Positions 20,064 through 30,159 of a stretch of 39,082 nt of DNA are shown here, in pieces. Positions within the stretch are counted from its first letter, which is position 1. Each line of letters opens with the position of its first letter. Source of the stretch: Promethearchaeota archaeon (GTDB lineage: Archaea > Asgardarchaeota > Lokiarchaeia > Sigyniarchaeales > SOKP01). The stretch covers positions 1 to 39,082 of the forward strand of contig JABCSY010000032.1 of the NCBI GenBank assembly GCA_018238625.1, written 5' to 3'. The notes under the pieces were generated by a model. It did no database searches, was not told the origin of the DNA, and saw only the letters and a list, made by a program, of their open reading frames with translations. Position numbers and translations under genes: made by a program.

Positions 20064-20714
20064 ATGTCAGTTCGCGCAGAAATATTAAATGGAAGAGTAA
20101 AACAAATTGTTAAATCTGAATCGGGTAATTTAGCTTTCATGCTCGAAGATAATTCAGGTAATGTTCATTATTGTTTTTCAGCAGGAAAAAAGCCATTACT
20201 TAATTCATCGGACCAACTTGTCCTGATTGGCTCTTATCTTTCAGCTAGCAAATTTAGAGTTAGTTTTATTCTAAATAAAACAAAGAATACGGAAGTTAAC
20301 TTAGTAGAAACAAAAAGTGATTGGATATACAATGGTACTTTGATTTTAGCTATATTGGTTACATGCGTATTTGTATTTTATTTCATTTTCAGTTTCTTTT
20401 TGTCCCCCCCAGTTGATCCTTATGGGTACAGTTATACTTTTACATTAATAACTCGAATTTTTCTCATACTTTTATTAGGACCAACAATGATAATTTTATG
20501 GATATTAGTTGCATTTTTTTCAAAATCGAGAAAAAAGGGCTCTGATTCAGAGAGAGAGATATTAAAACTGAAAAAAGAGTATCAAGAGTATTACAGTAAA
20601 GCACCGTCTACTACTACAACAAGTTCGTTAACGAAACCTAATTTTTGTCCTAATTGTGGTGGGAAATTACCTGTTGAAGCTAAATTTTGCCCTAGTTGTG
20701 GTTCAGAATTCTAG
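20064..20714 (+). CDS. Membrane protein: beta-rich (OB-like) N-domain, 2 TM, C-terminal zinc ribbon; copy 1
   Basis: Ends FCPNCGGKLPVEAKFCPSCG; highly similar to 21009-21650. Confidence 0.8.
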   Translation: MSVRAEILNGRVKQIVKSESGNLAFMLEDNSGNVHYCFSAGKKPLLNSSDQLVLIGSYLSASKFRVSFILNKTKNTEVNLVETKSDWIYNGTLILAILVTCVFVFYFIFSFFLSPPVDPYGYSYTFTLITRIFLILLLGPTMIILWILVAFFSKSRKKGSDSEREILKLKKEYQEYYSKAPSTTTTSSLTKPNFCPNCGGKLPVEAKFCPSCGSEF

Positions 20715-20795
20715 ATTCATTATTTTAATATTCATTAAACATCTATTTATTTAGAAAATTAAAAATAATCTTCAAAATTTTAGTTTTATCAATGG

Positions 20796-20928
20796 ATATA
20801 TCAGATCAAATCATATAAAAAAGGAGTGCTTCAATTGTGAATATGAAGGCGATTGGGATAATAGTCCCGCGTGGAAACCAATTAGGGATAAATTATAGGA
20901 GCACGGATTCCGACAAAGGAAAAAATAA
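20796..20928 (+). pseudogene. Duplicated 3' fragment of the 19411-19986 gene
   Basis: Aligns to 19854-19986 at offset 942; YIRSNHIKKECFNCEYEGDWDNSPAWKPIRDKL*EHGF; TAC>TAG at 20896-20898 and Cys>Ser; 5' part absent. Confidence 0.9.
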
Positions 20929-21008
20929 AAGTTTTAAAATAAGTATTGCTTAAAAATATTCGATATTCAACAAATTATTATTATTATTATTATTAAGAAG
21001 AAATCAGC

Positions 21009-21650
21009 ATGTCAGTTCGCGCAGAAATATTAGAAGGAAGAGTCAAACAATTCGTTAAATCTGAATCGGGTAATTTAGTCTTCATGCTAGAAAACAATCA
21101 AGGTAACATGCAATATTGTTTTTCAGCAGGAAAAAAGCCATTACTTAATTCATTAGATGTTCTTGTTCTGTTTGGTTCTTACATTTCAGGTAGCAAATTT
21201 AGAGTTAGTTTTATTCTAAATAAAACAAAAAAAACAGAAGAAAACTTAATAGAAACAAAAAGTGATTGGACATACAAAGTTTCTTTAGTTTTAGCTATAT
21301 TGGTCACATGCGGATTGTTATTATATCTCATTTTCAGGCCACATTTATTTCCTTATGGGAGTTATAGTTATGTTTATTCGATTATAATTACAATTTTTTC
21401 AATAGTTTTCTTTGTACCAATAATGATAATTTTATGGGTACTAACTGCATTTTTTTCAAAATCGAGAAAAAAGGGCTCTGAATTAGATAGAGAGATATTA
21501 AAACTGAAAGAAGAATATTACAGTAAAGCACCAGCTACTTCTAAGATAAAAACTGTGGATACGATAACGAAACCTAATTTTTGTCCTAATTGTGGTGGGA
21601 AATTACCTGCTGAAGCGAAGTTTTGCCCTTCTTGTGGTTCAGAATTCTGA
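21009..21650 (+). CDS. Membrane protein: OB-like N-domain, 2 TM, zinc ribbon; copy 2
   Basis: Paralog of 20064-20714; FCPNCG...FCPSCG. Confidence 0.8.
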   Translation: MSVRAEILEGRVKQFVKSESGNLVFMLENNQGNMQYCFSAGKKPLLNSLDVLVLFGSYISGSKFRVSFILNKTKKTEENLIETKSDWTYKVSLVLAILVTCGLLLYLIFRPHLFPYGSYSYVYSIIITIFSIVFFVPIMIILWVLTAFFSKSRKKGSELDREILKLKEEYYSKAPATSKIKTVDTITKPNFCPNCGGKLPAEAKFCPSCGSEF

Positions 21651-21780
21651 TTTCGGAATCAATTTGTAAATAATAAAATACAAACTAATTTTCTTAATAT
21701 AAAAATTTGGTAATAATAAGTAACAGTTTTGACGAAAAGCACGCAAATATTTTTAATAAACGATTAAAAAAGGAATATTG

Positions 21781-22050
21781 TTAGATGTAGCTTTCTTGGG
21801 CTTCAAGCTCGTCATATTCGATCTCTCGCAACCTCATTCTCACTTCTCGAGGCGAGTACATATGCTTTAATAGACTAATTACAGTTTCATGTATGGATTC
21901 AAGATTATCGGTAGCGCATTGGTAATATATATTATTCTCTAAAAGATTAATTTTAAAGATCTCTTTTAAGCCTGTTAAAGATTCTTTTATTTTTTTGTAT
22001 TCCTCATCAAATACATCGTCAATATTTCTTTCATTTACTTTTACAAACAT
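21781..22050 (-). CDS. Hypothetical small helical protein
   Basis: 89-aa ATG ORF preceded by TGAAAA; no recognised motif. Confidence 0.6.
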   Translation of the reverse strand: MFVKVNERNIDDVFDEEYKKIKESLTGLKEIFKINLLENNIYYQCATDNLESIHETVISLLKHMYSPREVRMRLREIEYDELEAQESYI

Positions 22051-22504
22051 TTTTCATCAAAGCTATTTTTTTTTATGTTTCTATGATAGAAATATGATTT
22101 TTAGTATTTAAATCATGACTTTTTTCGTACATTTCTGATCGTTATGGGAATTATTTCGGAAAGATAAAGGAACGAAAACGGAAATTGCATTATCAAAATC
22201 GTTAATTCTTTTTGATAAATTATGTTGATATGCCACAAAAGCACAAATCATCTGTAAAGAAAAAAGTCATTTATATCACTTTTCTGTGATTTTTAAGTTT
22301 TCATTTGACTAATATTCAACAATTTTAGTAAGTAATAATTGTTTTTAGTAATTTTACATTTATTTGAGGTTAGCGATTTAATCTTGCTTCTTTACGCAAA
22401 ATTTGATGATAGTTATTTTTTTATTTGAACTAAGACATCTTTATAGGATGTATCATACATCTTTTGTGATTAATAACTAAAGATTAAATCTATTTATCGA
22501 TATT

Positions 22505-23116
22505 ATGAAAGGTAAAGAGAAAAAAAGGAGCAAGCTATCAGAAACTTTCTTAGTCCTTAAGAGCTTTGGTTCATTTTTTCTTAGTCACCACCCAGAATGC
22601 GAGAGATTCAAGGGACACGCAATTAAACTTGGCAAATACGAATTTTGCATAGGGTGTTTTATTGGATATCCTACTTCGTTCATATCGATAATAATTCTTG
22701 GAGTTTTTAAACTAACCGAATCAATTCCTTCAAATTATCTAATAATTTTTGGTATTTTGTTTATGTTAACCTTTTTTCTGAGCTTAACAGGAGCAACGAA
22801 AATTAAAGTTATAAAAATTATTCAAAAAATATTTATAGGATTTGGTTCAGCTTTGATATATTGGGGGATTTTTTCTCTTGATTTTTCGGATTCTACAAAT
22901 TTTATAATCTTTATTTTAGTTTTTAGTACTATCATTACTTTTTTAAACACTTATCACGCATATGGGTTATACAAAACATGTAAAAAATGTGAGTTTCAAT
23001 TTAAATGGGGTCAGTGTTCCGGTTTTGAAGCTATTAGAAATAAATTGAAAAAATATGACCTTCCAGATCTTATAGTGGATATTGAATTTCGTTCAAAAAG
23101 CAGAAAGGAAAATTAG
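22505..23116 (+). CDS. His/Cys-rich 4-TM membrane protein (DUF2085-like), paralog 2
   Basis: LSHHPEC..F..H....GKYEFCIGCF, four TMs, CKKC.F...WGQC; same architecture as 19411-19986. Confidence 0.7.
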   Translation: MKGKEKKRSKLSETFLVLKSFGSFFLSHHPECERFKGHAIKLGKYEFCIGCFIGYPTSFISIIILGVFKLTESIPSNYLIIFGILFMLTFFLSLTGATKIKVIKIIQKIFIGFGSALIYWGIFSLDFSDSTNFIIFILVFSTIITFLNTYHAYGLYKTCKKCEFQFKWGQCSGFEAIRNKLKKYDLPDLIVDIEFRSKSRKEN

Positions 23117-23139
23117 AAAATATTATATATGAAATATTT

Positions 23140-24228
23140 TTATTTTAACAAAATATCCCAATCTAAATGTTCTTTTACGAGTTTCAAGACAAGTTTGATT
23201 TCTTCCTCTTGAATTCCGGGTCTTACGCGTTCCATGTTCCTTATTGTTGTGTAGGTGTCAGAGGGACTTAGAATAATGGGTATCTTTTTCTCGTTTGCCG
23301 CGTATATTACTTTAGCGTCTGGATGTATAAAGCCTGTCAATATCAACGCCAAAACATTTTCTTCAATGGCTGCTAAAGCAATATCTGGACGATCTCCTCC
23401 CGTGATTACTACCACTCTTTTTACTGAATGCAAGTATTTTAAGGCAGCTTGGACGTTCATTGCAACTATAAGATATGTCTCTACGATAGAATTTAACCCT
23501 TCGATTGCCGAATGATTTATAAGTTCACCGCCAATAGCTTCCATTAACTCTGAAACCCGTGGGGACAGCAACTCTAAACTCTTTTCAATAAGACCAATTA
23601 TAGGAATATCATAGCGTTTAATATGATTTTCCTCTAGTTCTTCAATCCGCGCTTTATAATCGTAGTCAATCTTGTTAAATATGACTCCTTTTATCTTTAT
23701 ATTTCTAAATTCAAAATACTTCTTCGCAAAAAACAAATTATCAATGCATTTATCAGACGATTCTGTTTGAATAAAAACTAATTCGTTGATTCCTAGAGCT
23801 TGGGCAACTGTAATATCGTCCAACCCAACTCGGATGTATTTTTTGATACTTGGCGCTCCTTCGATAATGACGTAATCGTATGATTTACTCAACTCGACAT
23901 GCGCGTTTTTAATTATTTGGAGATTGTCTTCTTTTTTAGTCGCATCGATTAAATCGACATAATAACAATCTGGAATTGATACAGGACTAATGATATCGTA
24001 CGGTAAGGTAGTTTTAAAAATTGTATTTTGAATAAAACCAACGTCTCGATCAGCTTTATCTGAAAAAGCTCCTTTTGGAATGCCGATTGGTTTAAAATAC
24101 GCTACTTTTTTACCGTCTTCTTGTAACTTTGACATGATTCCAATCGTTAAAAGGCTTTTTCCAACATGTTCTCGCAATGAGCATAAATATATTGATTTTA
24201 CCATCTTTGATTCCTTTTTTCTTTTCAA
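23140..24228 (-). CDS. Pta N-terminal-like protein (BioD-like P-loop + DRTGG domain)
   Basis: HVGKS, YFKPIG, IIEGA, VIFNK, ITGGDRPD, LILTG; no Pta catalytic domain; true start may be the internal M(VKS). Confidence 0.85.
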   Translation of the reverse strand: MKRKKESKMVKSIYLCSLREHVGKSLLTIGIMSKLQEDGKKVAYFKPIGIPKGAFSDKADRDVGFIQNTIFKTTLPYDIISPVSIPDCYYVDLIDATKKEDNLQIIKNAHVELSKSYDYVIIEGAPSIKKYIRVGLDDITVAQALGINELVFIQTESSDKCIDNLFFAKKYFEFRNIKIKGVIFNKIDYDYKARIEELEENHIKRYDIPIIGLIEKSLELLSPRVSELMEAIGGELINHSAIEGLNSIVETYLIVAMNVQAALKYLHSVKRVVVITGGDRPDIALAAIEENVLALILTGFIHPDAKVIYAANEKKIPIILSPSDTYTTIRNMERVRPGIQEEEIKLVLKLVKEHLDWDILLK

Positions 24229-24267
24229 ATTTTATTATATTGTTAATTTTTTATATTTTTAGATATT

Positions 24268-26439
24268 TCATTCTCGTGATATTGTTATTTTAATGTCTAC
24301 CGCTGAATAACCTTTAATAAAACTTAATAGGGGGTTGATGTCTAATTCCATTATTTCCGGGAAGTCGTTAACTAATTGTGAAAGGCGTAATAAAACGTCA
24401 ATTATTGATTCGATGTCTGACGCGCTTTCACCGCGTACTCCGTGTAAGAGACTAAAGATTCTTGTTTTTTGAAGCATTTCTGCTGCGTTATCTCTTGTAA
24501 ACTTGTAAGATAAAGCAAAGGAAACGTCTTTAAGAAAATTAGCATAAATGCCACCAGATCCAATCATTAACAACGGTCCAAATTGGGCATCTCGCGACAT
24601 GCCAATAATTAACTCGTTAACTTTCTTTTCCTGTTTAATATTTACCATTTCTTGTATTTCTACGCCGTAAATTTTGACATTTTGTGGACCAAACTTTTTT
24701 GCGTTATCAACTATTTGAATAAACGCTTCAAAAGCTTTCTCTGGAGTACCGATGTCTAAAATAATCCCTCCAACATCCGTTTTATGTATTATTTGTGGGC
24801 TTACGATTTTCATTACAGAATTTCCGATTACTTCTTGATATGCCATTGCTTCTCTGGGTGTTCTTGCTAATCTTGTTCTTGGAGATTTAATACCGTAACA
24901 TTCAAAAACCTCGCTTGTCTCGTGGCTTAAAAGAACCGTTCTCTCGTCGTTTCTTACGCTATTAAATATCTCTTTAACTTTTTCTTTTTGAACATCAAAT
25001 TTTGGAATTTCTATATCTTCAAGAGCAGATTTATTTAAAAAATGGTTATATTTGACTAATGCTTTAAGAGATTGAGCAGCTCTCTCTGGGAAAGGATAGC
25101 AAGGAATATGATGTTGCTTCAAATATTTGGTTGCCTCGACCATGGAAACGCCGCCTATAAGGGAACAAACAATTGGCTTATTCTGTAAGTGTTTTGACGA
25201 TATTTCATGCACTAATTCAGCTACATCGTAAGGGTGCGTTTGCGCTTGTGGGCTCATTATAATAAGAGCGCCATATGTTGTAACGTCCTCTTCTTTTACT
25301 GCTTCATGGCTGTTATCGTTATTTAGCCCAAAAACGGTTTTTATAGTAAATTTATATCTATCTGGAGTAGCGTCTCCAATTATATCTATAGGGTTAAATA
25401 TTGCTGCTTCTGCAGGTAAATTCTCTCGTAACATATGCAATATGGGTTCGGTAAATTGGGCAAATTTTAGCTCTTCGCGTTCAAATGCGTCAGTAGCTAT
25501 TATTCCTGGACCACCCGCGTTAGTTATGATCGCAAAGGAGTTTTTATTAGGAATTGGTTGAAATAAAAAGATTTCTCCGTAATCAAAAAGGTCAGCTATT
25601 GTTTTTGCTCTTAAAACACCACATTTGTGAAAAGCTAAATCGTATGCGATGTCAGAACCTGCTAACGCCCCAGTATGACTTGAAGCAGCCCTAGCTCCAG
25701 CCTCACTAACTCCAGCCTTCAATATAACAATTGGTTTTTTCCTTGCTGCTTTAGATACGACTCTTAGGAATTTTTCTCCTTTTTCTATGCTTTCTAAATA
25801 ACAAAGAATTACAGACGTATCATCATCGTTCGCTAAGTATTCAATAAAATCAATTTCGTCCATATCTGCTTTATTTCCTAAACTTATATTGCAAGAAAAA
25901 CCAAAAGCTTGGTCCATTGAGAAATCCATAAACGACGTTAGAAAGGCACCAGATTGAGAAATCATGGCGATGCGTCCCTTTTTGGGAGTATTAGCTGCAA
26001 AAGAACCGTTGTAAGAAGTCCCAATAAATCCTAAACAATTTGGTCCAATAATTCTCATGCCATACTTATTTGCAACTTCAATTAGCTCTTGTTCACGAGT
26101 TATTCCTTCGCCCCCGATCTCTTTAAAACCGGCGGTGATAACAACTAAACCCTTTATTCCTTTCTTTCCACATTCTTCTGCGATGGAATTAACAAACTTA
26201 CCAGGAATAACAAATAATGCTATGTCAATATCCTCTGGTACGTCTAAAACGCTCTTATAGGCTTTATATCCCAATATTTCTTTAGTTTTTGGATTAATAG
26301 GAAAAATTTTTCCAGAATATTTTGATTCAATGATATTTTTTAAAACGTTATAACCTACTTTACCGGGCGTAGCACTGGCTCCTATAACTGCAATGCTTTT
26401 AGGGTTGAAAAAATAAGAAATATCGGAAGTATCGTTCAT
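24268..26439 (-). CDS. Acetate/acyl-CoA ligase (ADP-forming), fused alpha/beta
   Basis: FNPKSIAVIGAS, IIGPNCLG, SQSGA, SLGNKAD, phospho-His SHTGALAG, TNAGGPG, HKTDVGG, ELDINP. Confidence 0.92.
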   Translation of the reverse strand: MNDTSDISYFFNPKSIAVIGASATPGKVGYNVLKNIIESKYSGKIFPINPKTKEILGYKAYKSVLDVPEDIDIALFVIPGKFVNSIAEECGKKGIKGLVVITAGFKEIGGEGITREQELIEVANKYGMRIIGPNCLGFIGTSYNGSFAANTPKKGRIAMISQSGAFLTSFMDFSMDQAFGFSCNISLGNKADMDEIDFIEYLANDDDTSVILCYLESIEKGEKFLRVVSKAARKKPIVILKAGVSEAGARAASSHTGALAGSDIAYDLAFHKCGVLRAKTIADLFDYGEIFLFQPIPNKNSFAIITNAGGPGIIATDAFEREELKFAQFTEPILHMLRENLPAEAAIFNPIDIIGDATPDRYKFTIKTVFGLNNDNSHEAVKEEDVTTYGALIIMSPQAQTHPYDVAELVHEISSKHLQNKPIVCSLIGGVSMVEATKYLKQHHIPCYPFPERAAQSLKALVKYNHFLNKSALEDIEIPKFDVQKEKVKEIFNSVRNDERTVLLSHETSEVFECYGIKSPRTRLARTPREAMAYQEVIGNSVMKIVSPQIIHKTDVGGIILDIGTPEKAFEAFIQIVDNAKKFGPQNVKIYGVEIQEMVNIKQEKKVNELIIGMSRDAQFGPLLMIGSGGIYANFLKDVSFALSYKFTRDNAAEMLQKTRIFSLLHGVRGESASDIESIIDVLLRLSQLVNDFPEIMELDINPLLSFIKGYSAVDIKITISRE

Positions 26440-26558
26440 TTTTGCATTGATGCTAAATGATTTTAAGTTTAATTACATAAGTATTTTATAACTTTTATAA
26501 GGTTTCTAAAGTATTTTTTAATAAATATTTTTAGTAATAACGCACTAAAACATATAAT

Positions 26559-27035
26559 ATGACTAAAATAAAAATAATTACCACGAAAGGAACTATAAAT
26601 CTTTCGATGTTTGACGAGGACGCTCCCCTCACCGTTGCGAGCTTTTTATACTTAGCTAAGCGAGGTTATTACAACGGATTGAAATTTCATCGCGTTATCC
26701 CAGACTTTATGATACAAGGGGGTTGCCCCACGGGTACTGGAATGCACGGACCGAAACAAAAGGGAATAAATTCCTTTCCATTCAAAGGAAAAGACGTTTC
26801 TTACCCTTTTTCTGACGAGTTTCAATCGGGAAAAACTTTTGGTAAACCAGGTATCTTAGCAATGGCAAATGCGGGACCAGGCACAAACGGATCCCAATTT
26901 TTCATAACTCACGTCCCTACGCCACACTTAAATAATAAACATACCATATTTGGAGCAATAATAGGTTCTGAAGATCAGAAAATTGTTGATTCCATTCAGA
27001 AGGAAGACAAAATTCAAAAGATAGAAATTTTATAA
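26559..27035 (+). CDS. Cyclophilin-type peptidyl-prolyl cis-trans isomerase
   Basis: FHRVIPDFMIQGG, AMANAGPGTNGSQFFIT, HLNNKHTIFG. Confidence 0.95.
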   Translation: MTKIKIITTKGTINLSMFDEDAPLTVASFLYLAKRGYYNGLKFHRVIPDFMIQGGCPTGTGMHGPKQKGINSFPFKGKDVSYPFSDEFQSGKTFGKPGILAMANAGPGTNGSQFFITHVPTPHLNNKHTIFGAIIGSEDQKIVDSIQKEDKIQKIEIL

Positions 27036-27170
27036 AATTATAATTTAGTCTATTTTATTTTTTTATTTTACTTTGTACTTAGATCAATAACCTTAAATCA
27101 AATTAAGGAAAGATTTATTAGCCAAAACCTTTATTAATAATTCAAATTAGAACAATAATACGCTATTAAA

Positions 27171-28580
27171 ATGAGTAAAGATATAAAAGATTTAATAAAT
27201 TCAGTTGATTACACAAATAAAGCTCACTCCGATTTAGAAATCGTTATAAGTCGTCTAACTGAAGAAGTCCAGCGATTGAACTTCACTATAGATGAGCAAA
27301 AAATAATTATTCAAAATCAGAAAACTAACCTTTCTGAATTCAAAGAAAACAATATCCCAGAAGATATAATCGTGTTAAAAGATTTAATTACGAACCAAAG
27401 ACAAGATATTATCAAAAAGGATAAAGATATAGAAATCCTACAGCAGACAATTGCAGACATATCGAACGAATTTGAAAACGCTCAAACATTTCAAGAAGAA
27501 AATGAAGAATTGATTTACGCAAACAAAGTTATTGTGCAATTGACTGAAGAAAACGAGACGAATCGCCTTGAAATCGAGAATTTGAACAACAAAATAAAAG
27601 AATTGCAAGAAAAACACGTATTTAAAGAAGAAGATATTGGAGAAGAAAATCAAGATTTAATAAATGCGAAAAAACTGATTTTTCAATTAACCGAAGAAAA
27701 CGGGATTAGTCGCGTCCAAATTGAATCGTTAAAGCAAGAAACAGAAAGGCTTAAAACGAATTTACAAGAGAATGACGCAGCTAAATCTCAATACATCCAC
27801 GAATTAGACGAAGCAAACAAAATTATCGACCAGTTAACGTTTGACACCGATCAATATCACGAAAAAGTTAATTATTTACAACAGAAAATCGAAGAAACCG
27901 TAAAATTTCACGAACAAGCTTCTCCAGAAGAGGTTGAAATCGGCGATGATTCAGAAGAAGTAAAGGGTGGTTTATTACAGTTAGAAGTAGAAAATACCGA
28001 GTTAAAAAACATTATAAATACGAATATATCCATTATAGAAAGCTTAAAACTAAAAATTGAAGAGTTTATTACGGAAATTTCAGAAAGAGACGAAGAATTA
28101 GAAAATCTAAACGCTAAATTCCAAAAGATCGAAAACGCTAACAAACAGCTAAGCGATTTGATAGTAGAATTAAAAGTTCGTGAAGATCAGGTATTTGATA
28201 GTACAAAACCCATTATAACGCACGATCAGATTGTTTTTGAAAACTTTCCACCTACTCTTTTCTTTAAAATGTACAAACAACTGGCTAACGATTCTAAGGA
28301 CATGATTGTTACCCAGCTTGTCGATGATTTAAGTAGGGGTAATAGAGATTTAAGGACGTACGCAATAAAAGTATTAAGCTTCATAAAAGGACCCAAAGTT
28401 TTTGACGCATTCAAAGGACTAGTAAAAGACGACGATTGGATCGTAAAGTTATACCTCATTAAAGCTTTACAGAATTTTGAGAATATTGAAAAGGTAGACA
28501 TGTTGAAAGAGCTACAAAAAGATAATGATATTGACGTTCGGGAAGCCGCTATAGAAATGCTCTCGAAATCAAGTTGCTAA
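27171..28580 (+). CDS. Long coiled-coil protein with C-terminal HEAT/PBS-like repeats
   Basis: ~340 aa of acidic heptad-rich sequence; C-terminal LRTYAIKVL, DDDWIVK..LIKAL, DNDIDVREAAIEML. Confidence 0.75.
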   Translation: MSKDIKDLINSVDYTNKAHSDLEIVISRLTEEVQRLNFTIDEQKIIIQNQKTNLSEFKENNIPEDIIVLKDLITNQRQDIIKKDKDIEILQQTIADISNEFENAQTFQEENEELIYANKVIVQLTEENETNRLEIENLNNKIKELQEKHVFKEEDIGEENQDLINAKKLIFQLTEENGISRVQIESLKQETERLKTNLQENDAAKSQYIHELDEANKIIDQLTFDTDQYHEKVNYLQQKIEETVKFHEQASPEEVEIGDDSEEVKGGLLQLEVENTELKNIINTNISIIESLKLKIEEFITEISERDEELENLNAKFQKIENANKQLSDLIVELKVREDQVFDSTKPIITHDQIVFENFPPTLFFKMYKQLANDSKDMIVTQLVDDLSRGNRDLRTYAIKVLSFIKGPKVFDAFKGLVKDDDWIVKLYLIKALQNFENIEKVDMLKELQKDNDIDVREAAIEMLSKSSC

Positions 28581-28770
28581 AGCTATTTCTTTTAAAAACT
28601 TTCAATTTTAATTTTTTCGTTGTTTCTTAATAACTCGTTAATATTTTTTTTAAAAAACAATAAATATATCTTTGTATAACATAATAATCAATAACAAGGT
28701 TTTAGCTAGTAGATATTTGATTACTATCTATGCTAATTTATTTTAGAAAAATTGTGAAAAATGGAATAGA

Positions 28771-29031
28771 ATGGCAAGAGAATTAACGCGTAACAGGTGG
28801 AACTGGTCCCAAAAAGATAATAGATGGGTCTACATCGAAGTTAAAGATAACGGCGAAATAGTTCATCATTACCAACTAAAACCACCTAAGGAGTTTACAG
28901 ATTTAACAATAAAAATAAAAGATCTAAATGAAAAACTAATAGTTTGTAAAAACCCGAAAGATAACGAGAAGATCTTTAAAGAAATGATGAAAATATCAAA
29001 AAGAATGCAAAGCATGGGTAAGAATTTTTAA
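28771..29031 (+). CDS. Hypothetical small protein
   Basis: 86-aa ATG ORF with a Trp-rich N-terminal hairpin and helical C-terminus. Confidence 0.6.
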   Translation: MARELTRNRWNWSQKDNRWVYIEVKDNGEIVHHYQLKPPKEFTDLTIKIKDLNEKLIVCKNPKDNEKIFKEMMKISKRMQSMGKNF

Positions 29032-29192
29032 ATCCTCCTTAGCTAATAAACCATAAATTATTTGTCAATTTTTTTATTTAAGATAATCAATCCTCTACAG
29101 ATTATTACTAAACTTAACCTAAAAATTATTAAAACAACAATTAAAACAATTATTAAAACAAACCAAATAATTAATAAAAAGGTAGATTTAAA

Positions 29193-29996
29193 ATTAAGAT
29201 CGCTGTAGCCGGTAAAGGCGGCGTAGGTAAGACTTTAATCGCTGGGACTTTAGCCCGACTTTTTGCTATAGATGGGTTTAAAGTTTTGGCCATTGACAAC
29301 GATTCAGCGATGAATTTAAGTTATACTTTAGGAATTAGCGAAGCGGTCAAATCAAAAATAGTCCCGATTTCAGAAATGAGAAAAATGATTGAGGAACGTA
29401 CGGTTGTTAAGGGCGCTGGTCCAGGCGTTTATAACATAACTCCAAACGTCTCCGATATTCCTGATAAATTTAAAGCTTCTGGTCCAAACAATTTACATTT
29501 GTTAGTATTAGGAGGAATTGTAGAGCCCGCCTCGGGCTGCTTATGCCCCGAAAACGCTTTAATCAGGACTTTACTATATAACTTGCTTGTAAAAAGAGAT
29601 GAAGTAGTAGTCGTTGATTTCGAAGCGGGTTTAGAACATTTAGGTCGCGGTACTGCTAAAGGAATTGACGTCATGCTAGTAGTAGCTGAACCTTCTCAGA
29701 AATCTTTAGACCTTTGTTATAAGATAATTAATTTATCCAGAAAATTAGGCGTAATTAACATCTACCTTATTGTAAACAAAGTGATTGACGAATCTCAATT
29801 AAGTATTATCAACAATCGTATTAAAGATTGGAAAGTTCCATTATATCACTCAATTCCTTTCGACTCCGAAATTGGAAAAGCTGATCTGAATGGAACCTCC
29901 CCTTTGGATTTTAATCCAGATTCAAAGGCTATTGGTGCTATTAAAAAATTATTTAGCAAATTAAAGCAGCTCAAAATTGAGTTATTTGATTTGTAG
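29193..29996 (+). CDS. cooC: CooC-type nickel-insertion ATPase (probable AUU start)
   Basis: In-frame extension upstream of the ORF-track start gives (M)KIAVAGKGGVGKT; also GCLCPEN, DFEAGLEHLGRGT, IVNK. Confidence 0.88.
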   Translation: MKIAVAGKGGVGKTLIAGTLARLFAIDGFKVLAIDNDSAMNLSYTLGISEAVKSKIVPISEMRKMIEERTVVKGAGPGVYNITPNVSDIPDKFKASGPNNLHLLVLGGIVEPASGCLCPENALIRTLLYNLLVKRDEVVVVDFEAGLEHLGRGTAKGIDVMLVVAEPSQKSLDLCYKIINLSRKLGVINIYLIVNKVIDESQLSIINNRIKDWKVPLYHSIPFDSEIGKADLNGTSPLDFNPDSKAIGAIKKLFSKLKQLKIELFDL

Positions 29997-30159
29997 CACA
30001 GAATCTCGACTATCTTCTATTCTTTATCCTATTATTTATCATTTTTTAGAACTCTATATATACTATATAGAAAACTAATTTAATATGTAGTTTTTCTGAT
30101 GGATTGGAGAAATCCAAAAAAAATTAAAATTAATTAACGAAAGGAGGAATGAAATCAAG

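Larger units (their letters stand above)
19854..21650 (+). repeat. Imperfect tandem duplication, unit ~940 bp
   Basis: 19854-20714 is repeated at 20796-21650, including the intergenic AAAAGTTTTAAAATA..TATT.CTTAAAAATATT.GATATTCAA. Confidence 0.9.

Noticed and set aside
22051-22504. Long intergenic region as possible ncRNA or hidden gene
   Set aside because: Only short broken frames and no convincing stable structure seen by eye; probably divergent promoters
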